In this document: positions 1 to 12,825 of the stretch, one piece after another
How positions within the stretch are numbered: the stretch's first letter is position 1
Layout of the letters: each line of letters starts with the position of its first letter
NCBI GenBank assembly: GCA_035084275.1
Contig: CM068751.1
Span: 7,440,001-7,504,000, forward strand
Length of the DNA stretch: 64,000 nucleotides
Direction of reading: 5' to 3'
Origin: Hydrolagus colliei
Lineage: Eukaryota
Notes under the pieces: generated by a model
Databases searched by the model: none
Told to the model about the DNA's origin: nothing
The model's input: the letters and a program-made list of their open reading frames with translations, nothing else
Made by a program: the position numbers and the translations under genes

Positions 1-3000
1 ACTGAGTTACAGGAATTGACAACAGTTTACCAAATTATGGATATATTAAGAGGTTTCTGTAAAAAAATACACTTACTTGACTGAAACGCTCGGAGTACAG
101 TGAAAACGAGGATGAATGTTGAACTATTTATGAACATTATTTGAAGCCCGAGATTATTGTTCTCGCTTTATCTCATCAACAATTTCTTAGAATGAGTCAT
201 AGGACCTTTGCTGTCAATTTAATTAAAGTATTAAACACCAGGTTTCGTTTTAGTATATATAATGAACCCCCCTCCACCCCTATTGTGTGCAACTAATCTA
301 ATAAGATGTTTTGTATGGGGACTAGTTTTCAAAACTCTACCACATGCTCCTTTGCAACACTGAGGCAAATGTGAAAAAAATAACTGGGTGGAAAGTAATT
401 GTGCCCAAGCCTTCCTTAATCTTTTAAGTGTGGGATTCCTTTCAATTGTTTGGTTAACCTACTTTCCTATATTGCTGAACATGGGACCGCATAGATGTAA
501 CAGGACACAGCAGACCAGAGAGGCTCTCTGTATAAACACACAAACTAAGTGAACCTTAATAGGTGGTAGTTACCTGGGTTTCTGCATGCATCACCACAAC
601 ATTGCAAACTAATCTAAACAAACCCCATGTGAAATGAGAGCCATTTAAGCAGATGGTATTTGCTAACCAGCTTTCTTCCTACGACCATTCCAAACAACTT
701 GTGTTAAACGCCTAACAGCAGCACTGCAAGGTAAAACTTTTAAAAACTTACAAAACTTGTGGCTTTCTTTCCTCTCTGAAAATAATCATTGCTAAAAAAA
801 AATAATTCCGCCTTCTGCCTTCACGTGATTTACTATTCACGAAAAAAAGACAAATTGATCAGAATGAAAAGATTATTATTGTCGGTCTCTGGTCAGACTA
901 AGTAGGAATGGGAAAACACGCCTTTAGCTTCATGCCCGCATGAAAGCAACAAAGCGGCTATTCTGCATAGTTACAATATCTGTACAAGGTATAGTTACTC
1001 AATTAAGAGAGGATAGTAATCGTAAAATCTGGAATGCTTCCCCGAGGAATACCAATTCAAGGCCCGATCCTTTCTGGAACGCAGCCAATGAACTCGCCGA
1101 AGCAAAAAACAGCTTGAAATCCCGTTCTGACAGTCAGTTCTTGCGTTCCTGAGAAAAGCCTAGCTCATACAAGCACCCAGGTCTGTGACTGTAATCCCTT
1201 CTAGCCACTCCCAGTCGTTCGACCACGAGGAAACATACATACTGTGCCCTAACCAGTCCATTTTGATCCGTATAAACCCTGCCTAAAACTTGTTATTTCC
1301 TGAATTATGTGGCGTGCTTTTATTTATATATATATACACACACGTCAGGCTTGAGAAAGAACACGCATTGTGAAAGGAATGGATGTGACCAACATACGTC
1401 TGCTGAGAGCAAATCAGATAAATGATCCACTGGGTAAAATATGTAAATCATTACTCAATGGAGGAAGCAATCTCATCTGTGATACTTTTCAAAAAGGTTC
1501 AAATGCATTAACAATCTTACCTTGGTAACAATGCTCGTAATCGTATTGTGCAAGTCAACTTTTGTAGGAATGCAGGATATGAAAAAAAATCTGTCTCAGG
1601 CATCTACACCTCCTCTTTAATAATAGGCTCTACTTTTTGTGGAATGCCATTACATTTCAACTGAAACTGTATCTCGCCATCTGCTCTGCTTGTAGTACAC
1701 AATACAAAGCTTTTCTATGTGCAATAACATTTCAATTACACTCTGGGTAGAAGAAGCATTCTGTGAGACCATACGCTCAGATAAACATGGCTGATTCAAT
1801 TGTCTGGCTCCACAGCCCGACTTGGTGTTAACCAAAAGCACGGACAAAGAAGCTAGAGAATTCAAGGATCACTGATCACATCGAATGCAGGACTGTAATC
1901 AATGGAATTCTGTTTGGATCTCTTGACTCAATGATATTACTGCCAGTGAGTGAAAACAAATTGTGCTGGCAATTCATTCAAAGCATTGTCCGGTTTAAAG
2001 CGAGTTGTGTTGCCCCAAACTTCACTTGTTACATCAGGAAATCGATCAAAGGCATCAATTTTATATCCCTTAACTCAAGAATTTCCCTACAGCCGCAAGA
2101 GAACTCAACAGTTCCCCTTTCAATCCTTACAGATAATAATGGCTTTATCTGCTAGCTCCAAAAACTGCCATCAACCTGTATTTCAGGGTTGACACTCTGA
2201 TGAAAGAAGCACCCATCTGCAGAGCTACTGAAAATAGCTGTGGGCTTTTCAGTATGTGTTGGCCAGTCACGGCAAGAGCTCTGTCGTTCACCCTTGCTTA
2301 AGACCTGACTTTACACCGCACCAAATCTGCCTGCACATTTCACAGCTAGTGAAAGCTTTGCTGAAATCCAAAGAGACAAATACCCTAAATACATATAACC
2401 ACCTCTGCACAAGTTACAAATGTGCAATTCAGAACCTGGGCAGCATATAGCTGTCGTACAGTAGTTTGAATTGTTATGGTTCATCGGAGAGAAATCCAGG
2501 AGTGATGTTCAATTATAATCTTTAATGACAAGCATTTAAATGCAGCCAAATCCTATTAAATTAATAATCTCCGTTCTGCAAAGCTTTTAGGAATTCAGTT
2601 ACGATATTACTCACACAATTTTATTTCAGAGCTTTCAAGAAGAATAAAATGATACAATGTGCAGGTGAGTGGAGGTGGGGGGGGGGCAGCTGGGTGTCTT
2701 TGATACATGCAGAAACCCTTCAACATGCTTAACAGCACCCAAACCAAATTGAGAATTCCCATGCAACCCACCCACACATGGAAATCCCAGAGAATGGAAT
2801 AGAAATGCAGTCTCTCCCTTACCTAATTCCAGAAAGTATTAGGCTTAGGTTGGCAAGAGCCAAGGCTTGGGGATTTCACAGTGCCCTGCAATGGACCCAC
2901 CTGGATTAGTACAGTACCTGGACCACCTGACATTTCCATTGCCAAATGTCATCTTGAAGCCACTTCAGCACCAATGAGACCCTGTTTACCCCCTAACTCT

Positions 3001-3084
3001 GAAGGGCAAATATATAACCAGTCCTCCAGTATCTGAACATGTAAGATGGACCACACCTAAAACACATTTCCGAATCTTATCGAC

Positions 3085-3190
3085 TGATTCTGATGAAGGA
3101 ACGCTACCTGTTTATCTGACTTTCTGCTTTAGATTCTAATTGATATGCTGAGCACTTTCTGGTTTTATTCCAGATTTTTGTCATGCATAG
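3085..3190 (+). mobile_element. Highly degenerate third copy of the Penelope-like repeat
   Basis: TTCTGATGAAGG...TGCTGAGCACTTTCTGGTTTTATTCCAGATTT resembles the 5144 copy. Confidence 0.35.
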
Positions 3191-3277
3191 TTCTTTATAA
3201 TCTATAAATGTTTATCCTGCTGTCATTTTGAAGAATGTAGCGAATAGGAGACTCCCAAGCACTGTGGAAATTTATAG

Positions 3278-3370
3278 CATAGAAGAATGCCATTCGATCC
3301 ATCATGTCAGTGCTGACTCTTTGAAAAGAGTCTCATTAGTCCCATTTACCCACTTTTTCCATTTATCCTA
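3278..3370 (-). mobile_element. Degenerate CR1-like 3'-end fragment
   Basis: GCCATTCGATCCATCATGTCAGTGCTGACTCTTTGAAA resembles the 5333-5460 copy. Confidence 0.5.
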
Positions 3371-5019
3371 ACCTTAATTAGGTTTCACCCACACAATAAA
3401 CCATCACTCCACTTTACCGTATATCCTATGTAGCAACTTGAGACATCCTCTCAACATGAAAGGCACTATTTCATATGTAAGTATTACTGTTAATAATCCG
3501 TAACAGATTATTCATATAGGTATATAACATTTTTAACATGTTACCTGTAGTGTAGAATGGACACAACATAATTAATTATTAAATTATTCAAATAATGGAG
3601 TCTGCCATACTTGGAATAGATTAAGCATAGTTCATAGTATGTTCAGTCTCTATTACTTAACAGAAACACTTATATTGCTTAATAAAACCCGATTGGATGT
3701 TAGATGGACTGAATTGCAATGGGTCAAGTATTTATACAACAATTTCATGATTATGGAAATCCTAAGCACGTAACTCCCAAACTCCCGTTGTACTTTTGCA
3801 GTTGATTTCCTGTGGATCTGCGAGGTGTACGTTCGATTACTAAAAGTTTTCATTGTATTTTACCACTAAGGATCCTGGCTAGGCGTCACCAAATATTAAG
3901 AGTCAAGTTGTAAATTTTACCTTTTTCTCAGCTGTCTAAATGACTGCTGCAGATCTGTGTGTCTGAGGGAGGAAGGAAGTTTGAGCTGTTGGCCACTTTT
4001 CTATTATTTCAAACAAAAGCAGAAGATGAGGCTGTGGAGATGACAAATCGGGCATGTCATTAACCTGTTGACTAATGTGTGGCCAATGAGGCAATCAATA
4101 CACTCTTATCGCGAAGAATCAAAACTGTAATCTTTTCAGAAGCAGCAATTTTTCTCACCCCATTTACTGTGTAAACAGAATATATCTGCCATCCTGCTGA
4201 CTGATAGGGCTGAGGATGCCAGGGGCAGTTTTTGGAGCCAGCAGATAAAGTCACTGTTATCTGTAAGAATGGAAAAAGTCCACTTTTTCATCCAAACTTT
4301 TTTGAGACCTTGCCAGAATTTCTCTTCCTGCTGAAAGGAAATCTTGAGTTAACGAATATTAAATGCACTTCATGCATTGCTCGTAAACTTTATTTTTAAT
4401 GATTTGTTGAGCTGTTCTCTGTCTGAGTGTCAAGGAGGGGGAGTGGAGCTAGGATTATACAACACCATACAAATGAGTTTGGTATGCTGTCATATTTATG
4501 GCAAAATTCCTATCTGGGAATTAAAACCTCATGTTCACTAACATAGTCTGAGATGTGTCTGAGTAAATCACATGCCCCAGACTGGTGGCGTTTGAAACCT
4601 TTAATTATTTCAAGAGGGCCAAATTTAGTAGATTTTACAGTGAATCCAAGATCTGTTTGGAATTCCAATTCCAAATATATAACAGGGGTTTAATACAGAG
4701 CGATTTCTGGCTGGATTTCTTAAGGAGACATATCTCAGTAATTATGAGCATGTCACACTGACCTATGGGCAAAAGTCCACTCTGAAATTAGATTGTGCCA
4801 GAGAGCAGTCATTGCCAGCTGGCATGGCGCTCTTACAGTTTCAATAGTAGATGATCAAGTTAGAAACTGATATTTATTCCATCCCCAAAACTTTCAACTC
4901 CTTATCTGAATCTCGGTAAAGATCTTTTGGTTCTTTTGCAATTTCAACCCCCCCTTTGTTTAACGTTATGAACACCACTTCGCTCCAGTTTTGTTGCAAT
5001 CCCTCACTTTTATTTCACA

Positions 5020-5272
5020 GCATTAACATCTCTTTAACTCCATCATCTCCGGTCCTATAATCCATTTTCCCCTTTGTCTTTTTTGCCCTGCCTCTCCCTC
5101 TCCGTTAGTCCTTAAAAGCCTCTCCCTCTCAATATGCCTAATTCTGATGAAGGGTTGTGGACCCGAAATGTTGGCTCACTTTTTCTTTCTTCATAGATGC
5201 TGTCTGACCTGCTGAGTGTTTGTTCCCAGCGATTTTTGTTTCAGATTTCCAGCATCTACAGTATTTGTGTTT
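5020..5272 (+). mobile_element. Penelope-like pLTR fragment with hammerhead-like core
   Basis: Pyrimidine-rich lead-in, then CTGATGAAGGGTTGTGGACCCGAAATGTTGGCTCAC...ATAGATGCTGTCTGACCTGCTGAGT...TTTCCAGCATCTACAGTATTT. A homologous inverted copy lies at 52353-52497. Family assignment is from recall. Confidence 0.6.
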
Positions 5273-5332
5273 GGGGCTAATCTTGGTACAGTATTTGATT
5301 AATCCATTGTTGGCTAGACTTGCAAGTTGAAT

Positions 5333-5460
5333 ATGAGAAGGAGGCCATTCAGCTCATCGTGTCTGTGTCGGTTCTTTGAAAATAGCTGTCAATCCCAATC
5401 AATCCCACTCCCCCACTCTCTCCCCATAGCCCTGCAATCTTGTCCTCCCCCAAATAATTA
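5333..5460 (-). mobile_element. Older CR1-like 3'-end fragment
   Basis: GAAGGAGGCCATTCAGCTCATCGTGTCTGTGTCGGTTCTTTGAAA...CCCCATAGCCCTGCAA is the reverse complement of a CR1-type 3' UTR. A related copy lies at 3278-3370. Confidence 0.6.
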
Positions 5461-8147
5461 TCTGTAATTGGCTCCTGCCCCCCATTTGAGGGTTGGTCTG
5501 ACCTAGGAAATCTTAAAAATACCTACATCCCACAGACAGTATATTTCTCACAGGAAAACTGTTGGATCACTGTTCTAACAAAGCTTAGTCATTCATTCCC
5601 AATGGGTTTGACAAACACTGGAGTCTTTAACGGAGTGATTCTAGCATTTCCTGATAAGGAAGAAGTGATTTTGTAAGTTGTTGTTAGTTCAGTACCAAGT
5701 ACTGTGAGCTCACACTTTGAACCTAATTGAAATATTTACTTCTGCAGAGTTAAGTGCATGTCGAACTAACAGGAAGTCAACACAAGTGAATGTGTGTGAC
5801 ATGAATATAGATTTTCATAATTAGTTAGCAAATCACAACGGGGTACCAAAAAAAGATGGCAGTGAGCAAAATTATTTGCTGACACTCCAGATTATGTATG
5901 TTTTGGAGGGCGTTCAATATAAAATGGAAGCCGGTTGTCAAGGTATTCACATTTACACATTTCAACTTTGATCTAAACCTTTCTCTCCACCACTGGCACC
6001 AGTGCAGCCATCACCATTTACTGGGTTTTTCGTCACAAATCATCTCCAAGCGCAAAGGACGCATAAAGCCTTTGAGACTTCATGAGCGCAGGAGATGAGG
6101 TGTGGCGTCTGTCTCGCCATGCCATGCCAAGCCAGAGAAGGGTCTTAAAAATTCAGATGAACCCGTTTACCCATCTCCATAATTTTTTTTGTTTTTAAAG
6201 GGAAACAAAGAGTCAGATGATTAATCTTTCCCTTTACCATTGTGCTTTAAGGCCAAAATCAACATTGGCTACATTCTGTGAATGGCAAACCACATGCAGC
6301 CCCAGCAGCTGTTTAGAAAGGAGCACGAATGATAAATAAATTGTTGCTTGGATTATATAATTTAGCTTGGAGGCTGCGAATACCATGAATGGAACTGGTA
6401 TTTTTGCATAAATGGCTTGAATGAATCATTGTTCCATGACAAGAAATGTATGCAAGATATGGAATAACTATAAATGTAAAGACAATTTAGCTCTCTGCTT
6501 AATGAATACTCCATAAAAGGTATTACTTTTCCACTGAAGTGCAAAGATCCGGTTCTGTCAAGTTTGATCAGTTTGGAGTCTTCATGCCTTTGTTTGTTTC
6601 AAAAGCTGAAACGGTTCCAAGATTGCTTCAGAATCTAATGATTTATTATCCATTGTAGTACGGGGCCTATAATGCACTAATTACAAACGTGTCACGTCAA
6701 CTCGTGTGAACCTGCTTTGATGCATTCTGCTATCAGAACGGAGTTTCCATGAGTCAGGGTGATGTACCTCTGGTTATCAGAAGGCCAACCCCTCCCCAAC
6801 CACACACACGAATTAAACATGAAATCATTCTGTTTTGAAGCCCCCATGGCACCAGTTAAAGTTGGGTGCTGAACTTAATCAAGAAGCCTCTTAAAAATCA
6901 AACCACGAGCAAGAATGACAATCTCCAAATGTTGCTTTCTGTCTTTGCTTTGAAACCACTTGGCTTAAACTGTAAGCAGCAGTGTGACACGACAGCGAGC
7001 CTGTAGTCTGGGAGACGTGTTGAACCCGACAGTGTGAGGGCGCTAAATTAACATGCAGTCAAAATGACAGCTCTACTGACGCGCCCGGGTTAATCACTCT
7101 TTCACTGGAGGTTAACCCTACTCACTCGCGCTGTCAGATTCAAGTTACTTTTTTTAAAAAATAAATAAATTGTAAAATCTATCAAAAGAGGATACAAATT
7201 ATAACCTCGAGGGATGAATGATGAGGCTTCCGCGGCTCGGCAGAATGATTTGTTCATTAAATATTCTGCATGAACTCCCAACTTTTCTTCCTTAACAAAA
7301 TAATTTCAAAATGGTTATCGGTGGGAGAAAAGCCAGGCACATCCCATTTGGTTTTGATTGGGAAAATTTCACGTGTACAGGAAGGGATGATATATTTTAT
7401 GGTGCAGTGATCGGTTTGGATGTAATTTACGCCATCAAGTCAAGAGTGTAGCAATCAGGGGCCGGGTGAGGACGTAGGTGGTATAAATTAGGATTGACAT
7501 ATATTCCTTTCACAGAGGGCACTCCCGATGAAAAACTGACAGACAGAAAAGTTCTTCCATTCCTCGCTAATCATCAGCATCCCCTAGATCAATCGTCTAA
7601 TTCGGGCTATATTTATCCGACAACTATTTCTGAGAGGCACATTGTTTAAGAACTAATCAGTTGCAGATCTTCCTCAGTCGCATGTGCGACGATGTCCTTT
7701 TGTTAATGAGTGAAGGAAGAGGAGAGATAATTGGAAAAAAAATGTTCTACTTCCTTTCTTTAATGGGACATCATCTTGATGTGAAAGACACTATACAATG
7801 TAATTTTTGTTGTTGTTTAATGTGGCAAACCCTTGAGTTTCTGCTTATGAGATGAATTAAGGATACCCTACCATCAAGTACAGGGTATGGTTCTCAAACT
7901 AGTATGTGCTTTATGCAATGGGTCTGGAGGTAATTTTGTTATAAAGATGCTACAACAGGTATTTTAATGTATTGCATAGTTAAGCAAGTTATCTCACAAG
8001 ATGCATGAACCTGACATCTTGAATGTGCTTTAAAGCAAGGTTGATGTATTAAATTTAACGGGGATCTTTATGTGGTGATATCTAGTGGCTTTCCTTATGG
8101 GAACTAGAAGTCCATAACCCTAACCTTTTAGATCTCTGCTCTGACTC

Positions 8148-8265
8148 AATAATAATAATAATCCTTGCATTTGTTATAGCATTTTTCACGTCTTCTAGAC
8201 GTCTCAAAACACTTCACAGAATATACTGTAAAGTGCATTGACTGTATATTTGTAGACAAAACGCA
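8148..8265 (-). mobile_element. SINE 3' fragment in intron 5
   Basis: (AAT)nCCTTGCATTTG...CACGTCTTCTAGACGTCTCAAA...CTTCACAGAATATACTGTAAAGTG. Confidence 0.85.
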
Positions 8266-8525
8266 ATATATCATGACATTGCAGTTCACAGCCAGACACA
8301 TCGCTACTAATGTAGAGTAGGCACGTTAAAAAGTAAAGCAGATGTACACACGTTTTATATGCAGATATACTTTACAATTTGAGCACATTTTTCTTTATCA
8401 AGTAATCTCTGCCAAAGCACTTCGTATGCAAACTTTTGATTGCAGTATTTACACCGTATAAATCTCCCAATACGAAGTTTCAAGCGCCTCAGGGTTGAAT
8501 GCATTGTGCAGTGCCATGCTCTTAC

Positions 8526-8861
8526 CTGCTTGGTTGGTTGTGACGGTTACTGAGACAGCCTGGTCATGGCTCGGATTCTGCTTTGCGACTCCATTCATTG
8601 CCCGGATTTCAAAGGTGTAGTTGGTGTGAGCCTGGAGATCCGTGATGGACACCTTGGTATTCTTCAAGGCTGTCTGCTGCGGAATGAAGTGGATCCCGCT
8701 TTCACACGGCCGACAGTGACTGAGGCCGCTGATGCATTTCTTGCAGATCACGCTGTAGGTGATGTCATGGCGGCCTCCGGTGCTCTTTGGCGGCCTCCAT
8801 TCCAACATCACAGAAGTCTCGTTGATGTTGGAGATCAGATTTGTTGGGGCAGAGGGTGGTC
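8526..8861 (-). CDS. EPHA4: EphA4-type receptor, coding exon 5 (first fibronectin type III domain)
   Basis: 336 nt. Acceptor TTTTGCCAG|GA, donor G|GTAAGA. Encodes [21 protein letters not shown]...[16 protein letters not shown]...[10 protein letters not shown], matching EphA4 FN3-1. No exon 6 sequence was seen in 1-8525. Confidence 0.95.
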
Positions 8862-9569
8862 CTGGCAAAAGAGGGGAACCACAGTGAATAACAGTATCAT
8901 ACGCAAGGATTGTTATTGTGTTTGAGGAAGTCTGGACAATGTTCATTAAAGGCTTTTCAAAATTTCTTGGCAACGCTTGTGGGAAATCAGTCACTGTCAC
9001 CGATATTTTTAAGACAGGTTTGCTTCAGGTTAATACTCTGTGAAAGTACAGCTTTAATCCAGGAACACTTTGAAAGGCAAAGATGCCATTTAAGTGTTTT
9101 TGAAGGGTTACTTAAAAGTGAGATGCAAATGTGTGTTGTGTAAACAATGAGAAACATTGCCTTTCAGCCACTATGTGTATTGAGGATTTTCTTTTCCCCC
9201 TTCCAGTGAAGGGAATTCACATGTAGTCTGGGATATTTACAGATCTGACTTTTGCACTTTGCCCCAGACTTTGGGAATTTTAAAGAACCAGGTGCAAAGA
9301 ACAGAGGTCAGCACAAGAAACATAGTACCGGTTCTGTTCCCCACTGGGACAAGAAGTTAAAGTGAATTAAAAGTAGAACGATTATGGAGGGAACAGTCTG
9401 ATAAGTAAAAATATTGAGCTTGCGTTGTTACGGAGCCCAGTGAATTCAAAATCCCCACAAGCAAAAGCAACAGTTGCCTCTTTGTGTCTCTTACTAAAAT
9501 TAATTTGGGACCAGGGCTACTTTCTCAACACCTACACTGGGAATCAAGTTCATCGGGCTTTATGCTTGA

Positions 9570-9746
9570 TCACTCAATCCACGACAGTTCATGGGACACT
9601 GCTGTGCGCAATTGGCTGCTGCATTTCACCCACAAATATGCAGTCAATACACTTTGCACACAAGGTCACAGCTGAAATCTGGGAAGGGCTTTGAGATGCC
9701 TTGAAGACATGATCAGGCACTATATCAACTGCAAGGATTATTATTG
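9570..9746 (+). mobile_element. SINE 3' fragment in intron 4
   Basis: CAATCCACGAC...GGGACACTGCTGTGCGCAATTGGCTGC...CAAGGATTATTATT. Confidence 0.8.
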
Positions 9747-9920
9747 TATATTATGCTTACAAAGTATACTTCTACATATATCACAGTTCTTTCTGATTTC
9801 ATCATCCAACTGACTATTATTAATATTTGACCACTGGAAGATTATTCATGCATAACACATCAAGTCAGTTGCTTTCATCAACTGAAGTCTAAGCACTATG
9901 ACTTCCAGCAGAGTCCTCCA

Positions 9921-10095
9921 GCAGTCAGGAGCAGGAAACCACGGCTAATTTCTCCAGCCCTTCACTCTCCAGCTTTGCTGAGGCTAATTATAGCGACCGC
10001 ACTGTTAGTCCAGCTGAGATCAGCTCATTCAGAACAATCTGGGATATGAACCTGAACCTCTGGCCTTGCAGTGGTGCTTATTTAAACCACTGGGC
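9921..10095 (-). mobile_element. Older SINE-like family, 5' part
   Basis: Reverse complement: CCCAGTGGTT...GGTTCATATCCC...GAGCTGATCTCAGCTGG...ATTAGCC...GGTTTCCTGCTCCTGA, shared with the 11020 copy. Confidence 0.55.
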
Positions 10096-11019
10096 AACAA
10101 ACCCTGATTTGTGTTCCTACAGGCAAGAGGAAACCAGAAATGTTTCGTCTTGTAACTACTACCAAGTTGGAAATGCCATATTGTGATTGTCTGGTGAGGA
10201 CAGTGTTGGGTTGAGCGTTTGCTCTTTTTTTTTTGGTGGGGTGGGGGAATGAGAACAGAAGTTCATGCTATTCCCAATGTGTCAGATACAGCTTATGCTT
10301 TATATTTGACAACTGACAAAGCTCCAGGGCTCGCGATGTTAGAAATGGTTGCATTTTTAAAGGAATGTGAGAAAAGTTTAATTTGAGACTTTTAACTTAA
10401 TGTCTGCAATGAAACATTCAATTTTCTCTTTTATTTCACCAATTCTAGCCGATACCATCAATGTCAGTCAGTGGCTGAGCCAGGGGCTGATCTCACTGGC
10501 TGGCACTTATTATCTGATAAATCTGTATTGGCTTGTTTCAGATGAAAGACTGGTTTTGATAGACATGCACTATGATAAACAAGAGAAAAATGTGTTACTT
10601 TAATACTTGGTCATAGCTTTGGGGAAGGAGAGAGCGGTTGTTCTTCCTTCCTGACAGTTCCAACATATCACCAGCGCTAATGGTTTCTTTCAACAACTTC
10701 TTGAAAGTGTTCAGTTTGCTGGAGGCGGGGTTTTTTCAGATCGTGTAATTTAAAATCCAGTGTGTATCATTATAGCGCAGAAATTCTTTGGCAATCTTTG
10801 TCACATATTGTTTCCCACAGTAATACATTTGTAACCAAATTATGATTCACAGATTTGGTGTAAGGTGCCTGCTCGGTCATGAAAAAAAACAGCAAATTCT
10901 GATTTTTACGGTTTTACCAAAAGGTCTTCAATCACTTTGATTCATTTCAAAGGTGGGCTGTGAAAGGCACTACACAAATGTAATTTTTTTTTCTGTTGCT
11001 GTGTCGCACTAAGTCATAG

Positions 11020-11372
11020 TGATCAAGAGGTCACAGGGTTGATTCCTGCCTTGTGAGTTTCCTGGTTTCCGGGCTGAGTGAGCGGATTTCAGCTGTGACC
11101 TTGTGTGCAAAGTGTCTTCTCGTTTTGCGCTCCCAATTAGTTATCTAGGGTTAGGAAAGGAAAAGCTGACCCGAGTTTCCTCTCCTGATCACGTGCGGGG
11201 ATAATGACCAAGGACGATGTTGCCCACAGAGGAACAGATTCCAGTCATACATTCACTGCGCTCGCACATGAAAAACGACTACTTGGTTAAGATACTAGAG
11301 GGTGGCTGGGATCTGTGGAACTGTACCCTATTATGAGTTATCAACTTCAGGGAGAAGGAGAGAAAATTGGAG
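11020..11372 (+). mobile_element. Older SINE-like family, best-preserved copy
   Basis: Degenerate GGGTTGATTCC box B, CTAGGGTTAGG...TTTCCTCTCCTGATC, CACATGAAAAA...GTGGAACTGTACCC, and end AGGAGAGAAAATTGG. These motifs recur at 9921, 28115, 56112 and 60120. Confidence 0.55.
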
Positions 11373-12669
11373 CAGTTAGGGTAGTGGAGGGGTGGAATTC
11401 CACCATTAAAAGTTGGTTTAGCGTTCCTAGTTACTGGAGACGATCTCTATCTGTCTCTCTGCTCCACCTTTGGCATTACTTCATGAGCACCCAGTATGAC
11501 CAAGAGCTTTGGTGTAGTGGTCAGAACCATTCTAGCTGTTAGCAAAACCCTCTGCAAAAATCTGTTGGGATACTTAAAAAGGGGCCTCCCCAACAACAAC
11601 AACAAATTCCATTTATACAGTGCCTTCCACGTTGGAAGGACATCACAAGGTCTGAATCGCACGAATGTAAGAGAAAAAAAAGCACATTAATCGAAAAAGT
11701 ATGTTTGGGGATCATTGTATTGGGGGAAATGAGTGGTTTAGATGCTGCTAAAGCTGTGCAGTTAATTTTGATCTGATTAACATTTCTTGAGCTACATTTG
11801 AATGCATGATTAAACACAGAACATTGCCTCCGTTCTCACACACACACCATTACTCCTCAGTTATTAAGACTCAGTTATCAAGCGTCGGCATATCATTTCA
11901 AACCAGTCATTCAACTGCCACAAAGTCTATCCTCTTACACCTACATCAACAATATTGATATTTTCCATTTTGGTGGGGAATCAAATGTACATATATATAT
12001 AATTTCAAAGCCCTGATGTTTAAACTGCAACAAATGCACAAATTGCCATTTATTTTGAGATTGGATGGTCATCCACTGAGACTAAAGGAATAATCAGTTG
12101 CATCGCAAGCCGAGAATATTTCTCGACTTCCTGACTCTGCTTCAATGAGTTATAAAATATTACTTTCATGGTTTGATCTCCCATCATTCTCCTAACAGCT
12201 TTAACAGATTATTTAGATAACACTGGCACTAGCGGTAGTCAGGGTCATAGTAGAGGAAAATAGGTTCAAATGCTAATTTGGATTGTCCAAGACAGTGAGG
12301 CAATCATTATATTCTGGCCTGCTATGCATTGAGACAATTTCCATGTCCTACAGACTTAACTATTACACAACTGACATCTTGCAATAGAGTTTTGACCTCC
12401 GGCTCCAAGGGCCAAGGTTAAAATCACAGCCTCGACTGTTGTTCTGTTGATTTCCCTTATTGATTGTGTCCCTGCATCTCCTTGGAGCTAAACGTTTCAT
12501 CTCTGGGGGGAAATAAGGCCTCCCAAGAGCCAGTTAACCAATGGAATGTGACCGGAAAACTTCCTATCCTAGAACAGTCATCCCATGCACCTGGTTGAAG
12601 AAGTGGGGGGGTGGGAAACAGCAGGAAGAAGTGAAATTGGGGAGATCCCAATGAAAGTATTGTACTCAC

Positions 12670-12825
12670 GTGTACAAGGCATTGATAGGGGGTCGGTGTC
12701 TGCTCTGAAAAAGCCCCTCTCACAGATGCAATGCGTAGAGGATTCCTGGGTAGAGAAGCTGTGTGGGGGACACTTGGAACAGCTTTTATCTGTCGTTAAG
12801 GACTTGTAGTATCCGACTTTACAAG
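12670..12825 (-). CDS. EPHA4: EphA4-type receptor, coding exon 4 (EGF-like/Cys-rich region); not shown in the correct frame in the ORF track
   Basis: 156 nt. Acceptor TTTTACAG|CT, donor C|GTGAGT. Manual translation (A)[51 protein letters not shown](R) matches EphA4 [23 protein letters not shown]...CDRGFFRADNDAASMPCTR. Confidence 0.95.

Noticed and set aside
2196-2240. CTGATGA...GAAA motif as a further hammerhead
   Set aside because: No convincing stem II or III and no downstream similarity to the Penelope-like copies.
8449-8525. Exon 5 ORF reads 25 codons past the donor (possible secreted truncated EphA4)
   Set aside because: The donor is a strong CAG|GTAAGA, short read-through is expected by chance, and no nearby AATAAA is visible on the minus strand. 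It would need transcript evidence.
8566-8925. 119-aa + strand ORF, and similar + ORFs over exons 3 and 4
   Set aside because: Antisense shadows of real coding exons with no recognisable protein features.
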